DNA of 64,000 bases. Origin: Gekko japonicus (Eukaryota). Where the stretch lies: contig NW_015164181.1 in NCBI RefSeq assembly GCF_001447785.1, positions 2,082,891 through 2,146,890 on the forward strand, written 5' to 3'. The translations under genes and the position numbers were made by a program. Positions 10,904-23,333 of this stretch are shown in pieces. The notes beneath the pieces were generated by a model. The model was given only the letters and a program-made list of their open reading frames with translations, made no database searches and was not told the origin of the DNA. Every line of letters starts with the position of its first letter. The stretch's first letter is position 1.

Positions 10904-11684
10904 CAGGGCTTTTTTTGTAGAAAAAGCCCAGCAGGAACTCATTAGCATAATAGGCCACACCCAACAGCAGAAACACGGTAGCATATTAGGCCACACCCCT
11001 GACATCGCAGCTTATTAGCCTATTAGCCCACACCCCCATGTTACCAGAAGTGTGGTCGTCCGGCCACACCCACCTTTTGCTTCTTATTCTGTTTACTTTG
11101 TTGTCAAAACCCTGGGCTTTTTTTGTAGCAGGAACTTCTTTGCCTGTTAGGCCACACACACCCTAATGAAGCCAGTACTAATGAGTTTCTGCTGTTAGGT
11201 TCTGCTGTTATGTGAAGAAGAAGAAGGAGGAGGAGGAGGAGGAGGAGGAGGAGGTGGTGATGGTGATGGTGATGGTGATGGTGATGATGGTGATTGGATT
11301 TATACCCCGCCCTTCACTTGGAGTCTCAGAGTGGCTTACAAACTCCTTTCCCTTCCCCTCCCCACAACAGACACCCTGTGAGGTGGGTGGGGCTGAGAGA
11401 ACTCTGACACAAACTGCTCTTTCAGGAACAGCTGTGCCAGAGCTTGTGACTTACCCAAGGTCACATCAGCAGGTGCAAGTGGAGGAGTGGGGAATCAAAC
11501 CCAGTTCTCCCAGATTAGAGTCCGCACACTTAACCACTACACCAAACTGGCTCTTAACCACTACACCACTACACTGGCTCTTAACCACTACACCAAACTG
11601 GCTAATGAGTTCCTGCTGGGCGTGGCCAACTCAGGAGCCAGCCGGAACTCCGTTCCTGTGCGTTCCTGCCCCAAAATAGCCCTG
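10904..11684 (+). mobile_element. hAT non-autonomous element (related to family B) with nested SINE and microsatellite
   Basis: TIR CAGGGCTTTTT / AAATAGCCCTG; perfect TSD GGTTAGTT (10896-903, 11685-92); internal attagcata-ggccacaccc repeats. Confidence 0.88.
11214..11603 (-). mobile_element. tRNA SINE (L2-tail family) with expanded (GAA)(GAG)(GGTGAT)n tail and triplicated head
   Basis: Reverse complement of the 9604/32700 family; ~17-bp duplication CTAATGAGTTYCTGCTG at 11178-94 and 11602-18. Confidence 0.85.
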
Positions 11685-11946
11685 GGTTAGTTACACTTGC
11701 TCCCCTATCATGGCGCCCCTAGTTTTTTGAAGGAAGCTGGTATATCTTTTCTCCCCTCTGTGGCTTCAGGTCCACCATAATATGATGTCATCTAGATTGG
11801 ACATACTGCACACTGGCAATCATATAGGTACCGTACGTGGATACCCAGTGAACTTAGGGCTAGCTTTTTCTCCTGAGTTGTATACACTACCTTGCTTTTT
11901 TAACCCTTTTGCCATTTACCTTAATTTTGAAACCTGCCACAGGTAA

Positions 11947-12297
<351 letters not shown>

Positions 12298-12676
12298 TAG
12301 ATGAGTAGTGACATGCTCCTCCTTGCTTGCTGAAGGTCCCACGTTAAGTGCTGGGCATCTCTCAAGTAGCAGACGTTGGAAAAGACCTTCCTCTGCCTGA
12401 GACCCAGGAGAGTGGCTCTCCATCTTAGTAGACATAGTTGAGCTGAGGGGATTGGTGATCTGACTCAGTACAGAGCAGCCAAAGTCACCTAGTGAACTTC
12501 CTGGCTGGATGCTCAATATACTGTAATGCCTGAGGCACGGCATTCAAATAGCATGGCCCTTGGCACTAAGAAAAATAATATTAGAAAAAGACGAGTGGGA
12601 ACCCACAAGGAATTGTGGGAGGCATTCCACTTCCCCCTCTCTATTTCCTCTTTCACTTTCCCTTTCCCGAAAGCAC

Positions 12677-14120
12677 CCAGATCCACCTAACAGTCATAGG
12701 ATCTGACCACATTTTTCCAATTTGTCAACAAGAATATTATGTGGAACCTTATCAAAAGCCTTACTGAAATCAAGATAAACTATGTCTACAGCGTTCCCCT
12801 GATCCAGCAAGGTTGCAACTTTCTCAAAAAAGAGATGAGGTTAGTCTGACATGACTTGTTTTTGAGAAACCCGTGTGTCCTGGAATGCTCAAGAACCGTC
12901 TGTTTGATTATTTGTTCTGAAACGTTCCCAGGTATAGACGTCAAGCTGATGGTTAGGTAGTTACCTGGATCCTCCATTTTCCCCTTCTTGGGGACAACAT
13001 TTGCCCGCCTCCAGTCTTCTGGCACCTCACCTATTCTCCAAGAATTTTCAAAAAGAATGGACAAAGGCTCAGAAATTACATCCATGAGTTCTTTTAGTAC
13101 CCTTGGATGCAGTTCATCTGGCCCTGAGGACTTAGTATCATTTAAAGAAACTAGGTGTTTATGTACTATCCTTATTCTGATCCCAGGCTGCAGCTCCCTT
13201 CCCTCATCATGTGTTCTGTTTTTGCCATATTGAGCACCATTTCCCTCACAAGAGAAGACTGAGGGAAAGTCGGAATTGAGCAGTTCTTCCCTCTCTTCAT
13301 CACCTGTTACAATTTCACTTTCCTGTCCCCGCAATGGGCCTGCCATGTCCTTGCTGTTTTTCTTACTCTGAACATAAGAAAAGAACCCTTTTTTGTTGTT
13401 TTTTAGCGTCTCTTGCTAGCCTAAGTTCATAGTGAGTTTTAGCTTTCCTAACTCTCTCTCGACAAGCACTGGTTATTTGTTTATATTCATCCTTGCTTAT
13501 GAGGCCCTCCTTCCACTTTCTGAATGAGTCTTTTTTTATTTCTCAAGTCATTAGAAAGCTGTTTATGGAGCCACCTTGGCTTCTTTAGGCTCCTCCCATT
13601 TTTCCTTCTCATAGGAAACGTTTGTGAATGTGCCTTCAGTATTTCACTTTTAAGAAACTCCCATCCCTCTTGAACTCCCTTATCCTTAAGTATTTCTGAC
13701 CATGGGATTCTACCCAGCATAACTTTAAGTTTGTCAAAATTTGCTTTCCTGAAGTCCAACTTATATGTCTGACTACATATAGCTTTTACCTTCCCCATGA
13801 CTGTAAATTCTAAAGTTCCATGGTCACTGTGGTCCATGGAGTTGTAAAGAGTTGGACTTGACTGTGCGACTGAACAACAACAACAGCAACAACAAAACTA
13901 CCGAGGGTGCCCACTACTTTCACCCCATCAACCAGTTCTTCCCTGTTAGTAAGAATCAAGTCCAAGACAGCAGATCCCCTTGTTTCCCTCTCCACTTTCT
14001 GGAGAATGAAGTTGTCAGCAAGACAAGTCAGGAACTTATTGGACCTTTCATTTGTAGCAGAGTTGGACTTCCAACAGATATCTGGGTAACTGAAATCTCC
14101 CATGACCACCATGTCTTTGT
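12677..14120 (-). mobile_element. CR1 LINE ORF2 fragment (end of endonuclease to N-terminal RT), degenerate
   Basis: [49 protein letters not shown] and YLDFSKAFD motifs in broken frames. Confidence 0.93.
13829..13896 (+). mobile_element. BovB/RTE 3' tip inserted into the CR1
   Basis: ggtccatgg...gactgtgcgactgaacaacaacaac, matching the end of 19389-19905; interrupts the CR1 GTLGS/SDH codons. Confidence 0.85.
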
Positions 14121-14231
14121 AATCAGTTCTGGGTCCTCCCAGTTGATCTTACTGTTTGTCTAAGCCGTCTGTGCCTCTGGAAGTAGCCGAACACTTGGGG
14201 GGGGGGGGGGGGGACACGCAAGGCCACAGTG

Positions 14232-14499
14232 NNNNNNNNNNNNNNNNNNNNNNNNNNNNNNNNNNNNNNNNNNNNNNNNNNNNNNNNNNNNNNNNNNNNN
14301 NNNNNNNNNNNNNNNNNNNNNNNNNNNNNNNNNNNNNNNNNNNNNNNNNNNNNNNNNNNNNNNNNNNNNNNNNNNNNNNNNNNNNNNNNNNNNNNNNNNN
14401 NNNNNNNNNNNNNNNNNNNNNNNNNNNNNNNNNNNNNNNNNNNNNNNNNNNNNNNNNNNNNNNNNNNNNNNNNNNNNNNNNNNNNNNNNNNNNNNNNNN
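14232..14499. other. Assembly gap
   Basis: Run of N. Confidence 0.99.
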
Positions 14500-14768
14500 G
14501 GGGGGGGGAGAACGCACAGCCCAAGCTGTTCCTACCAGAAATATTTGGTTATTATGTGTGGAGTTGTTGCATCATCACAAAAGTCACGATGCTCAGCCAG
14601 AGCAAAAGGAGGTATGCTGATTATTTTAGGGGAAAGAGGTTATATTAAAAAGGAAATGTGCTGTTCTTGTATGCAGGCAAATGGAAAAGGTTATGTAACT
14701 CTTTAAAGTAGGCTTGAAAGCCAGAACCTAGGAATGGGAGCGCTTCAGTGCTCAATTTCTTTTTCTCA

Positions 14769-14769
14769 T

Positions 14770-14808
<39 letters not shown>

Positions 14809-14831
14809 GATAGATAGATAGATAGATAGAT
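14769..14831. repeat. (GATA)n microsatellite
   Basis: Directly visible. Confidence 0.97.
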
Positions 14832-15429
14832 ACTGTTGCGTAGATTAATAAATGAAGTTTGACTTCTTAGTGAGACTACTTTGCAGAAGCCACTGTATGG
14901 GAGTCTCTCTCATCTCCCCCCTCCCCCCTCCACACACACACTCACTCCACTGCTGTTAGTGCATTATTTGCAAGCTCCCGGAGGGTGTATTTTTAGACCT
15001 TGTGTGACATTAGAGACATGCCTTTTATTTTGTCTGAAAACGAACCAAGTCGATATTTAGAGCCAGATATTAGTTCCTCCAGATTGTCGCACAGCTTGAA
15101 CCTTTTGTTCCGCTTTGTGTTTTACTGGCTCCTTTCAGACAATTAATATGCTAATCTCTTTTCCACAACTGTTGCAGTTCTTGGAGAAAGGGGCGGGGGA
15201 GACACACAAAAATGCCTAAATGGCCGCATCGCGTGAAGTCAGGAGCTTCCCATTTGTCAGGGGCATTTGCCGAGAAAGGTATCTAGGTCAGCTTGCGGGC
15301 TTCTATCTTTGTCGGGAAGGCCAATCATTTTGTGGGTTTTCAGCATACGAAATGGTTCAGAGGAGGTAAGAGAAGGAAATATGTTGCGGTCATCATCTCT
15401 TTGTCGTCTCTTTAGGCCCAAACGAGACC

Positions 15430-15655
15430 CATGAGGGTAGTAGCCCTAGTTGCTCAGGGTGGCCTGATCTTGCCAGAGCTCAGGAGCTAAGCCGGGTTCA
15501 CTATTTAGGTGGAAGACCACTAAGGAAGACTGGGGCTGCCATGCAGAGGAAGGCAGTGCCAAACCGCCTCCGTTCATCTCTTGTCTTCAAAACCTCATGA
15601 GCTAGGACGCCAGGGGTTTGCTGTGAATCGGTTGCAACTCAGTGGCACACCTCAC
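15430..15655 (+). mobile_element. 5S rRNA-derived SINE, degenerate copy
   Basis: gatcttgccagagctcaggagctaagccggg 5S-like head and gcagaggaaggc...aaaccgcctc body. Confidence 0.65.
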
Positions 15656-16913
15656 CTGAGAGCCGTGAGGACTAAGAAACCTATTCCTTTGGAGGGCGAA
15701 TTCTTCAGTTGAATGCATGAGTTTGCCCATGTACCAGGTCAGGCCCCTTGTTCCAATTAACCCAGTACTGTCTGCTCTGAACCAGGTGAACTCCACAAGG
15801 CTTGTCTAAAGGGGGGGGATTGCTCTTTGCAGGTCTTCAACAGGGATGCTGACAAAGAGCACCCCCTGCACACTGTCAAAAATAGGCACCTGTCCCTTCC
15901 TTGCTAGTTCCCCCCCCCCTTTCCCACTCAACACATTTTACCTTTGCAAGCGGTGAAGGGAGGTAACCAGTTCAGAAACCCAAGGAAACTACAATTCCCA
16001 TGAAACCTGGCAGGCGGTGATGGCCAGAGAAGGTCAGGAACTGTAATGATAAGAACAGGCCTTATCTGATGTTGAACATGTCCTCCTGCGTTGGACTAGA
16101 TGATACCTGATCTGGGTCTCAGTAAATGAACATGTGAAGTTACTTTGGGCCTTTTTAGGCATTACTTGGTACAGAGCCAGACCTGTAGGCTGCTGTGACT
16201 GGTAGCCACTCTCCAGGGTCCTGCTGCCTTTGGTCTTTTAATTGGAGACTGAATTTGAGACCTCCTCTAAGCAGAGCATGGCCTCTCCCCAAATATGAAC
16301 ACTTGAAGCTGCCTTATACTGAATCGGGCCATTGGCCTATCAAGATCAGTACCGTCTACTCAGACTGGCAATGGCTCTCCCAGGTCTCAGACGAGAGGTC
16401 TTTCATATCACCCCCTGCCTGATCCCTTTGACTGGAAATGCCAGGGATCAAAGCCGGGACCTTCCACATACCAAACAGATCCTCTATCACTATGCCACAG
16501 CTCCTTCCCTAAACAGGGGCTCCTTGTTCCTATGAATCAGAAAGGAAGAGAATGGAGTGTAACAGGATTCCTGTACACTTAAGGTGGCTATGCTGCGCAG
16601 TAAAGTTCTCACAGCTGCTGTCCACGTGGAGAGGCTGTTGTTTCCCTTCCCGGGAGTTCTGACAAACAAACTTTTCCTGGAGACTTGACATGTGGTGGCC
16701 TGTCTTTGGCTTTTTAAAGGCCCATCCTGCAAGCAGGGGAGGTGCAGATTCAGATAAATAGCTGTCGGTTTTATCCTACATGATGATGGACATTGTTCCT
16801 ATATCGTAGTGAACGTTGTTTCTGAAATTTGGGGGTCAGGGGGGCACGGGAAGGCCAGATTATGAAATATTAATCTGATCCAAATAAGTTTTATCTCTTC
16901 TGTTTTTTTAAAG

Positions 16914-16972
16914 CAACTGGAAGAAAAACTGAAGGGGCAAGCGGATTATGATGAGGTGAAGAAAGAATTAAA
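16914..16972 (+). CDS. CUX1: CUX1 exon 12 equivalent (59 bp), QLEEKLKGQADYDEVKKEL(N)
   Basis: tttttttaaag acceptor and AA|gtaagt donor. Confidence 0.96.
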
Positions 16973-17085
16973 GTAAGTTTTTGCATATTTATTATTATTT
17001 TGTTGTTGTTGTTGTTGTTATTATTATATCATATCAGGTTGAGCTGGACAGCGTGGATTCTGAAAAACCTGATGATTTTCGTCTA

Positions 17086-17230
17086 GTAAAAGTAAAGGTT
17101 TCCCTTGCTCGAAAGCCAGTCGAATCCGACTCTAGGGATGCGGTGCTCATCTCCGTTTCCAAGCCGAAGAGCCAGCGCTGTCCAAAGACGTTTCCATGGT
17201 CATGTGGCCGGCATGACTAGACGACGAGGC
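17086..17230 (-). mobile_element. Sauria SINE 3' fragment
   Basis: Reverse complement of gtcatgccggccacatgacc...gagatgagcaccgc...agagtcgg with an accttt-type tail. Confidence 0.85.
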
Positions 17231-17873
17231 ATGCTAGGAGCCCATAAATACATGAACAGGAGGAAGGGTCAAAGAGAATCAGTGAGGGAACGTCGGACAA
17301 ACAAAATAGTCTTCCATCGCTGGCAGCAGACAATGATAGAAGGGGACGGCCAAATCTCCCTGGGGAGGGCATTCCATACTTTTGGTGCCATGACCAAGAA
17401 GGTCCTTTCCTGCATTAGTTACCTGGTCGTTCCTAGCCAATCAGGGATCACAGAATGATGATGATGATAATGTAATGCTACTCAGCTATACAGTGGCTAT
17501 ACAGTGACATCACCAAGGCCAGTAGTGAGTTAGGACAGTATGCTTTAGCCATGTGGCTGGTACCACCCAAACAGGAACGATCCATTGAGCAGTGCATTGT
17601 TGCAGTGTAATGTATAGAAAATTGTATTTGTCAACATGATGATCTCACTGGAACATTGGGGGTGTGTGTGCCAAAAAGTCATTGAAAAAGGCACACTTGG
17701 GAGCGCACTGCTGAAAACAGAAACAAATGTGGCTGGCTACAAGACTAGATATGGCTCTTTAAAAAAAGGAAAGGGAATCTTTAAGTTATGTTGGAGTGGT
17801 GGGTGGGATGCTTGAATGACGAGTGTATGAGGACAGCGGCAGGCAAAGATTTTTAGAGCACTAAAGGACTTTG

Positions 17874-18100
17874 TGACCTGGATGTCCAAGGCTAGCCCTA
17901 TCTCGTCAGATCTCAGAAACTAAGCAGGGTCGGCACTGGTTAGTATTCGGATGGGAGACCACTAAGAATGTCTAGGGTCACTATGCAGAGGAAGGCAATG
18001 GCAAACCACCTCTCTTGGTCCCTGCCTTGGAAACCTTATGGTGTTGCCATAAGACAGTGTGACTTGACGGCACTTCACATACACTCTCTCTCACACACAC
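17874..18100 (+). mobile_element. 5S rRNA-derived SINE with RTE-like body and tail
   Basis: atctcgtcagatctcagaaactaagcagggtcgg...tggttagtattcggatgggagacc (5S internal promoter region), then ggcaatggcaaaccac...gacttgacggcac and (CA)n. Confidence 0.85.
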
Positions 18101-19296
18101 AGGATTACTTAGAGTAGCTTTACAGAAGGGAAAATGAACAGTTGCCAGTAATCCAAGTGTAAACCATGCCCAGATTTACGCCAGTAGACTAAGACAATTA
18201 TGCAGGGTGCTCCGGTGTATATTTACTTATTGTGAGAACAGTGGTTGGACTGTGGAAAATGTGTGAGTTATTAATCCGCACGTCAGTTATCAGTGCTGTT
18301 AAAGTGTATGATTTCAGTTTTGCAAACTGACTTTCTTATATTGGCTCTTCATTGGCCTCTTGATCTGAGTTTTGACATTCTTTGGCTCTTTAATTGTCCA
18401 AAGTGGCCAACACTCTCCAAGCTCCTCCTGGGACATTCAGGGATCCCATGGTAAAACAGGATGGATGCAGAGTGGCTGCTTGAGATTAAGGCCTTGAATC
18501 CTGCCAGCCTAGCCACGAGTGTTAGACCCTCCCAGCAGCTCTGTTGGAAGGAGTCAGTCCGGCCGGGCCAGGCAGCTCTCATTTGCAGAGTCCTTTAATC
18601 AGGACAGGGGACTGAAGTACAAAGTCGCATCTTTAAAATGTATTGTAATTTTTCCAGATGCTTCATAGCGCTTAAGAAATATTAAGCAATTCTTTGGCCC
18701 TGTCACCAGAGAGCAGAAGATTATTAAAATGAGAAATAGCTACTGCTATTTTTAATGTGTTTTCTTTTAAAAACCCGCAGCATGTATCAGGTCACACAGA
18801 TAATTGCGCATATTTTCCTTGATGTGCCCATTGATCTACTTCACCTGTATTTATATTTCATATTTCATGACAGCGTTCTAACCGTGACGGCTGTTTCCTT
18901 GTTATTTCTATTTTTAATTTTTTTTTTGTTGCGCTTTGTTATCACTTTTTTTTTTGCCTCCCTTTCCTTCGAGCATCGCACATAAATTTATATTGTTTCT
19001 GACAGTTTAAAATGTTATATCCTTATTAACCTTTACATTTATGCTCCAAATGAGCCTGGTGGGACCTGCACGCTCAGTGATTTAGAGGGACGCTTGAGAA
19101 AATGTTCCCGTCTGCTAACTAGTGTGAATAGTTATTCTATATTCATTATCAGATTATATTGCTGCAAAGAAAAGTTGTTAAAGTTAGCACTTAGGGTGTT
19201 CCTGGAGAGCTGAAAATTACAATGTTAATGCTCATTAGCGAGGCCGTTATTGAAGGGACGGAGCGGAAAATAACTCTTCCTCTTTCCACTTCACAG

Positions 19297-19345
19297 CATC
19301 TTGAAGTCCATGGAGTTTGCCTCGTCTGATGGCTCCAGCGCCCAG
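19297..19345 (+). CDS. CUX1: CUX1 exon 13 equivalent (49 bp), (N)ILKSMEFASSDGSSAQ
   Basis: cacttcacag acceptor and CAG|gtaatg donor. Confidence 0.95.
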
Positions 19346-19388
19346 GTAATGGATTTCCTGTGGATTTGGGGGGCGGGGGGGGGGGGGC

Positions 19389-19905
19389 AACCTAAACAGA
19401 ACGATAAAAAGTAGAGACATCACCCTGCCAACAAAAGTCCGCATGGTCAAAGCAATGGTATTCCCAGTAGTCATGTATGGCTGCGAGAGTCGGACTAGAA
19501 GGAAGGCCGAGCACCGAAGAATAGATTCTTTTGACCTATGGTGCTGGAGAAGACTCTTGAGAGTCCCTTGGACTGCAAGGAGATCAAATCAGTCAATTCT
19601 AAAAAAATCAACCCTGACTGTTCCCTGGAAGGCCAGATAATGAAACTGAAGCTCAGATACTTTGGCCACCCAATGACAAGGGAGCACTCACTGGAGAAGA
19701 CCCAAGACCCTGATGCTGGGAAAGACTGAAGGTCAAAGAAGACCGGGACGGCAAAGGATGAGATGGTTAAACAGTGTCATAGATGCAACGAACATGACGT
19801 TAAGCAAACTCCAGAGGACGGCAGAAGACAGGAGGGCCTGGCGGGAGCTGGTCCATGGGGTCGCGAAGAGTCGGACTCGACTGTGCGACTGAACAACAAC
19901 AACAA
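19389..19905 (+). mobile_element. BovB (RTE) LINE 3' fragment with (CAA)n tail
   Basis: VKAMVFPVVMYGCES...RRIDSFDLWCWRRLLRVPWTARRSNQSIL, LKLRYFGH; tail gactgaacaacaacaacaa. Confidence 0.95.
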
Positions 19906-20089
19906 GGGGGGGAGCAGAGCCCAAGGAGGTTTCGAACGCATTTGGGAACAGCGCAGCTGGGGTTCTCGTATAACTTTTCATCTCCCTCAGTAGCCCACTG
20001 GCATTAGGATTTAAAGTGCTGGCATTCAAAAGCCGCAGGAGTGCAGAAACGCCGTGAGAGTTCCTGTGGCTTTCTGGGATCAAGGATAG

Positions 20090-20340
20090 TTTCAGAGGTA
20101 GCCATGTTGGTCATCAGTAGACCAGTTAGGTTTGAATCCAGTAGCACCTTAGATATCGACAAGAGTTTCAGGACACAGGCTCCTGAGAGTCAAAGGTCCC
20201 TTTAGCAGATATGAGGAGGAATGGAGAGCTGAGTCCAGATATCCCAGTCAGAAGGTGGGAGGGGTGCTGCCAAGAATGCTTGCAAAGGATGCAGAGGTGC
20301 CATGCATATTGTAATCATCTTGATTAGAACACGGTGTCGG
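20090..20340 (-). mobile_element. Penelope-like element relic, degenerate
   Basis: ggtagccatgttggtc...tccagtagcaccttaga, similar to the terminal sequence of 56258-56462. Confidence 0.6.
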
Positions 20341-23333
20341 CCTGGCCTACCTCACAGGGTCGTCTTGGGGATAAAATGGAAGAGCAGAAAATAATGGAAT
20401 CCTTCCAACCTGGGGAGAATGACGGGGTGCGCATAAAGTGAAATAAAACGAACAAGCATTTCCTCTCTGCTCCAGTCAAGACACTTACAGAGAGGAAATG
20501 CTTGTTGGTTTTATTTTACTTCATGCAGACTCTCTCTTTCTCCCCAGCTGGGAACGATCCCATCATTTCCCACTGTTCCATTCTGTCCTCACAGCAACCC
20601 TGCAAGGTAGGCTAGGCTGTGAATGTGACGGGCCCAAGGTCACCCAGCAGGCTTCCATGGCATGAGCGGGAATCGTAGGCCAACATTCTAACCCCCGCAT
20701 TATGTTGGCCGTGTTGGTCGAGTTGGACTTAACAGAGCTGAGTTCACTTTCCCATTCAGCTGGGGACTCAGCTGGTGTGCTCTGGGAGCAAGAGCTCTGT
20801 CCGCCAGTTCCAGCAGAAATGAAAATGATCCCTCTATCATGATGGTAAAATGAGGGGGGGGGACTCTGCCTCAGCAGAAGAACATCTGCTTTGCATGCTG
20901 AAGGTCCCAGGTTCTGTGGGGAAAGACCTTTCTCTGCCTGAGAGCCTGAAGAGCCACCACCGGGAAGAATAAACAGCACAGAACTGGGCAGCCTGGCAGA
21001 GTGTGAGAAGGCAAGATTATATTTTTTTAACAAAAGTAGGGACGGTGGAGATTTTGCCACAAACGTATTTGACCTTCAAACTTACCGCGTTCGAAGATTT
21101 GTTGGGGAATTCAGCCTCCTGGTTCACACTGGGAGTCGACAAGAATTTGACACAGAAGCAGCTTTGTAAAATGCAAAGGGGGAAAATTTATTTGGAATCG
21201 CAAGGAGAGCCCCCAACCATCCGCAGAGAGAGAAGGGGGGGGGGGTGTCTTTCTGAACAAAGCATTTCCCAAGAGATGTCAATCAAAGACAAATGATTCA
21301 CATGATCTGTTCAGTTTGTGCGGAAACACAGCATTCATTTATGACTGATCTCTGTGATTTGCAAGTTATCTGTCTTTAAAACAATTGCCTGCCAAGGGAG
21401 GCCGTAATGCCACAAGGATTGGGGCCAGGGGGTAGTCGCACTCGATCAGGCTGCAGGAGAACACAGATGTGTGAAAAGTTAGTTGTGTTGTAATGCGCGG
21501 CTAGGAAATAATACAGCAAACGAACCTGTCAAACACCAACAAAAAAACTGGCAAAGTATTAAAAAATCTTGTCAAAAAATCTTGTCCCTGTTCCTGATTG
21601 GTGAACACATGAAGCTTCCTTATACTGAATCAGCCTATTGGTCCATCAGGGTCAGTATTGTGTACTCGGACTCACAGTGGCTCTCCAGGGTCTCACAAGC
21701 AGAGACCTTTTACATCACCTTCTACCTGGTTCTCTCCAAGATGTTAGGGATTGCACCTGGGACACTCTGCATGCAAGGCAGATGCTCTGCCACTGAGCTA
21801 TGGCCCCTCCCCAACAGGAGATGAGCCGAACATGACATGTGCAGGTGTTTGAGTTTCCCTAAAAAAGAGCTGACATAGCTTTGTGGCAAAATGTGCAATC
21901 TCGGAAGGCACTGGTCTCAGCCACAAACCCACCAGGTGGCCACGGGCAGACCAATAACCTCTCAGCTTTCACTCCTCCCTGCCTGTGAAGTAGGGTTAGT
22001 GAGACCACCTTTTGCGATCCTTGCCAAGATCACTGAGTGTACATGAAATTGTTTAGTATCCCTTTATGGTGCTTTTCACATTATGGGGTCATTGATAAAG
22101 CGAATGATTCTGATGAGTATTATGAATCTTTAGCGTTTAGAAAGAAGAACTGGGATGATTCCATTTGGTGAAGAGAACTGATAACCATTAAATAGAGGTG
22201 GAATATCTAGAATCTAAACTCCTCTCTTGTGTCTACTTAAGAGAGTGTCTCCCCCGATCCCAAACTGGTGTTTTTCTTGACTTCCATTTATGAAGATGAT
22301 GATTAAACAGTCCTGAACACGTGAAGCTGTGTTGTACTGAATCAGACCTTTGGTCTGCCTGGATCAGTATTGTCTCCTCTGACTGTCCGTGTCTCTGCAA
22401 AGTCTTGGGTAGAGTCCTTCACACCATCTGTACCTGCCAGGGATTGAACTTGGGACCATCTGCGTACGAAACAGCTGCTTTGCCACAGCACCTCTCAATA
22501 AGAAAGTCTAAAAGAGCGACTGCCAAAAATTATCAGGGCTTTGTGCTTAGAGCAAAGACTTCTTAAACCAAAAACGCCTCCCATTTTTCAGTGAACACAC
22601 ATGCATGCAAGATCTGCATCTGTTTGTAAGAAACAGCCACCATGTGTTCATTTGATAAATGAAACTGGGGACCAGAACCCAAATAAACCTGTGGTTTCAA
22701 TCACATGTTAAGCTGTATGTGCATTGAATGTAACATGAGAATTATTTTATACACCTACGGAAAAATCAGGTGTACACAGATTGCTCATGTGTTCACTGTA
22801 ACGTGTGAACCAGGCTTCGGTGCATGAGGGGACGAGAAGGATGGAACGCATGGGCCCAAGGATTTCAGGCTTGTTCACATGCAACACATGAAGCTGCCTT
22901 ATACTGAATCAGGCCCTTGGTCTATCAGAGTCAGTACTGTCTACTCAGACTGGCAGCAGCTCTCCAGAGTTTCAGGTGGGGGTCTTTCTCGTCACCTCCT
23001 GCTTGGTCCTTTTAACTGGAGATGCCAAGGATTGAACCTGGGACTTTCGACATCACAGATTGCTGTTTAGTTGACATCTGAATGCAGCAGCTGGATTTTT
23101 CCTTGTATTACTAGTTGACTGGTAAAAGGAAATCCTAAACTTCAAGCCACCTTTACTGCACCGTTGAACTAAATAGAACAAAGGCGGTTTAGGTGGGGGA
23201 GTTGGCAACTTCTGGCCTTTACAGCATATTAATCTCACATCAGAGCAAAGGTTACAAATTGGATTCCAGCATCTTTAGCCCAAACCCGAAACGACATTTC
23301 CGTATCCCGGACACGTTACTTTCAGTAGGTTTC

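Noticed and set aside
11529-11603. CRISPR-like repeat array
   Set aside because: Vertebrate DNA, no spacers, no cas genes; it is a tandem SINE head.
14123-14648. ORFs spanning N runs or (TG)n/(GAG)n tracts
   Set aside because: Artefacts of assembly gaps and microsatellites.
17890-17975. 5S rRNA genes
   Set aside because: Partial, diverged, fused to a common SINE body, and one copy has a TSD.
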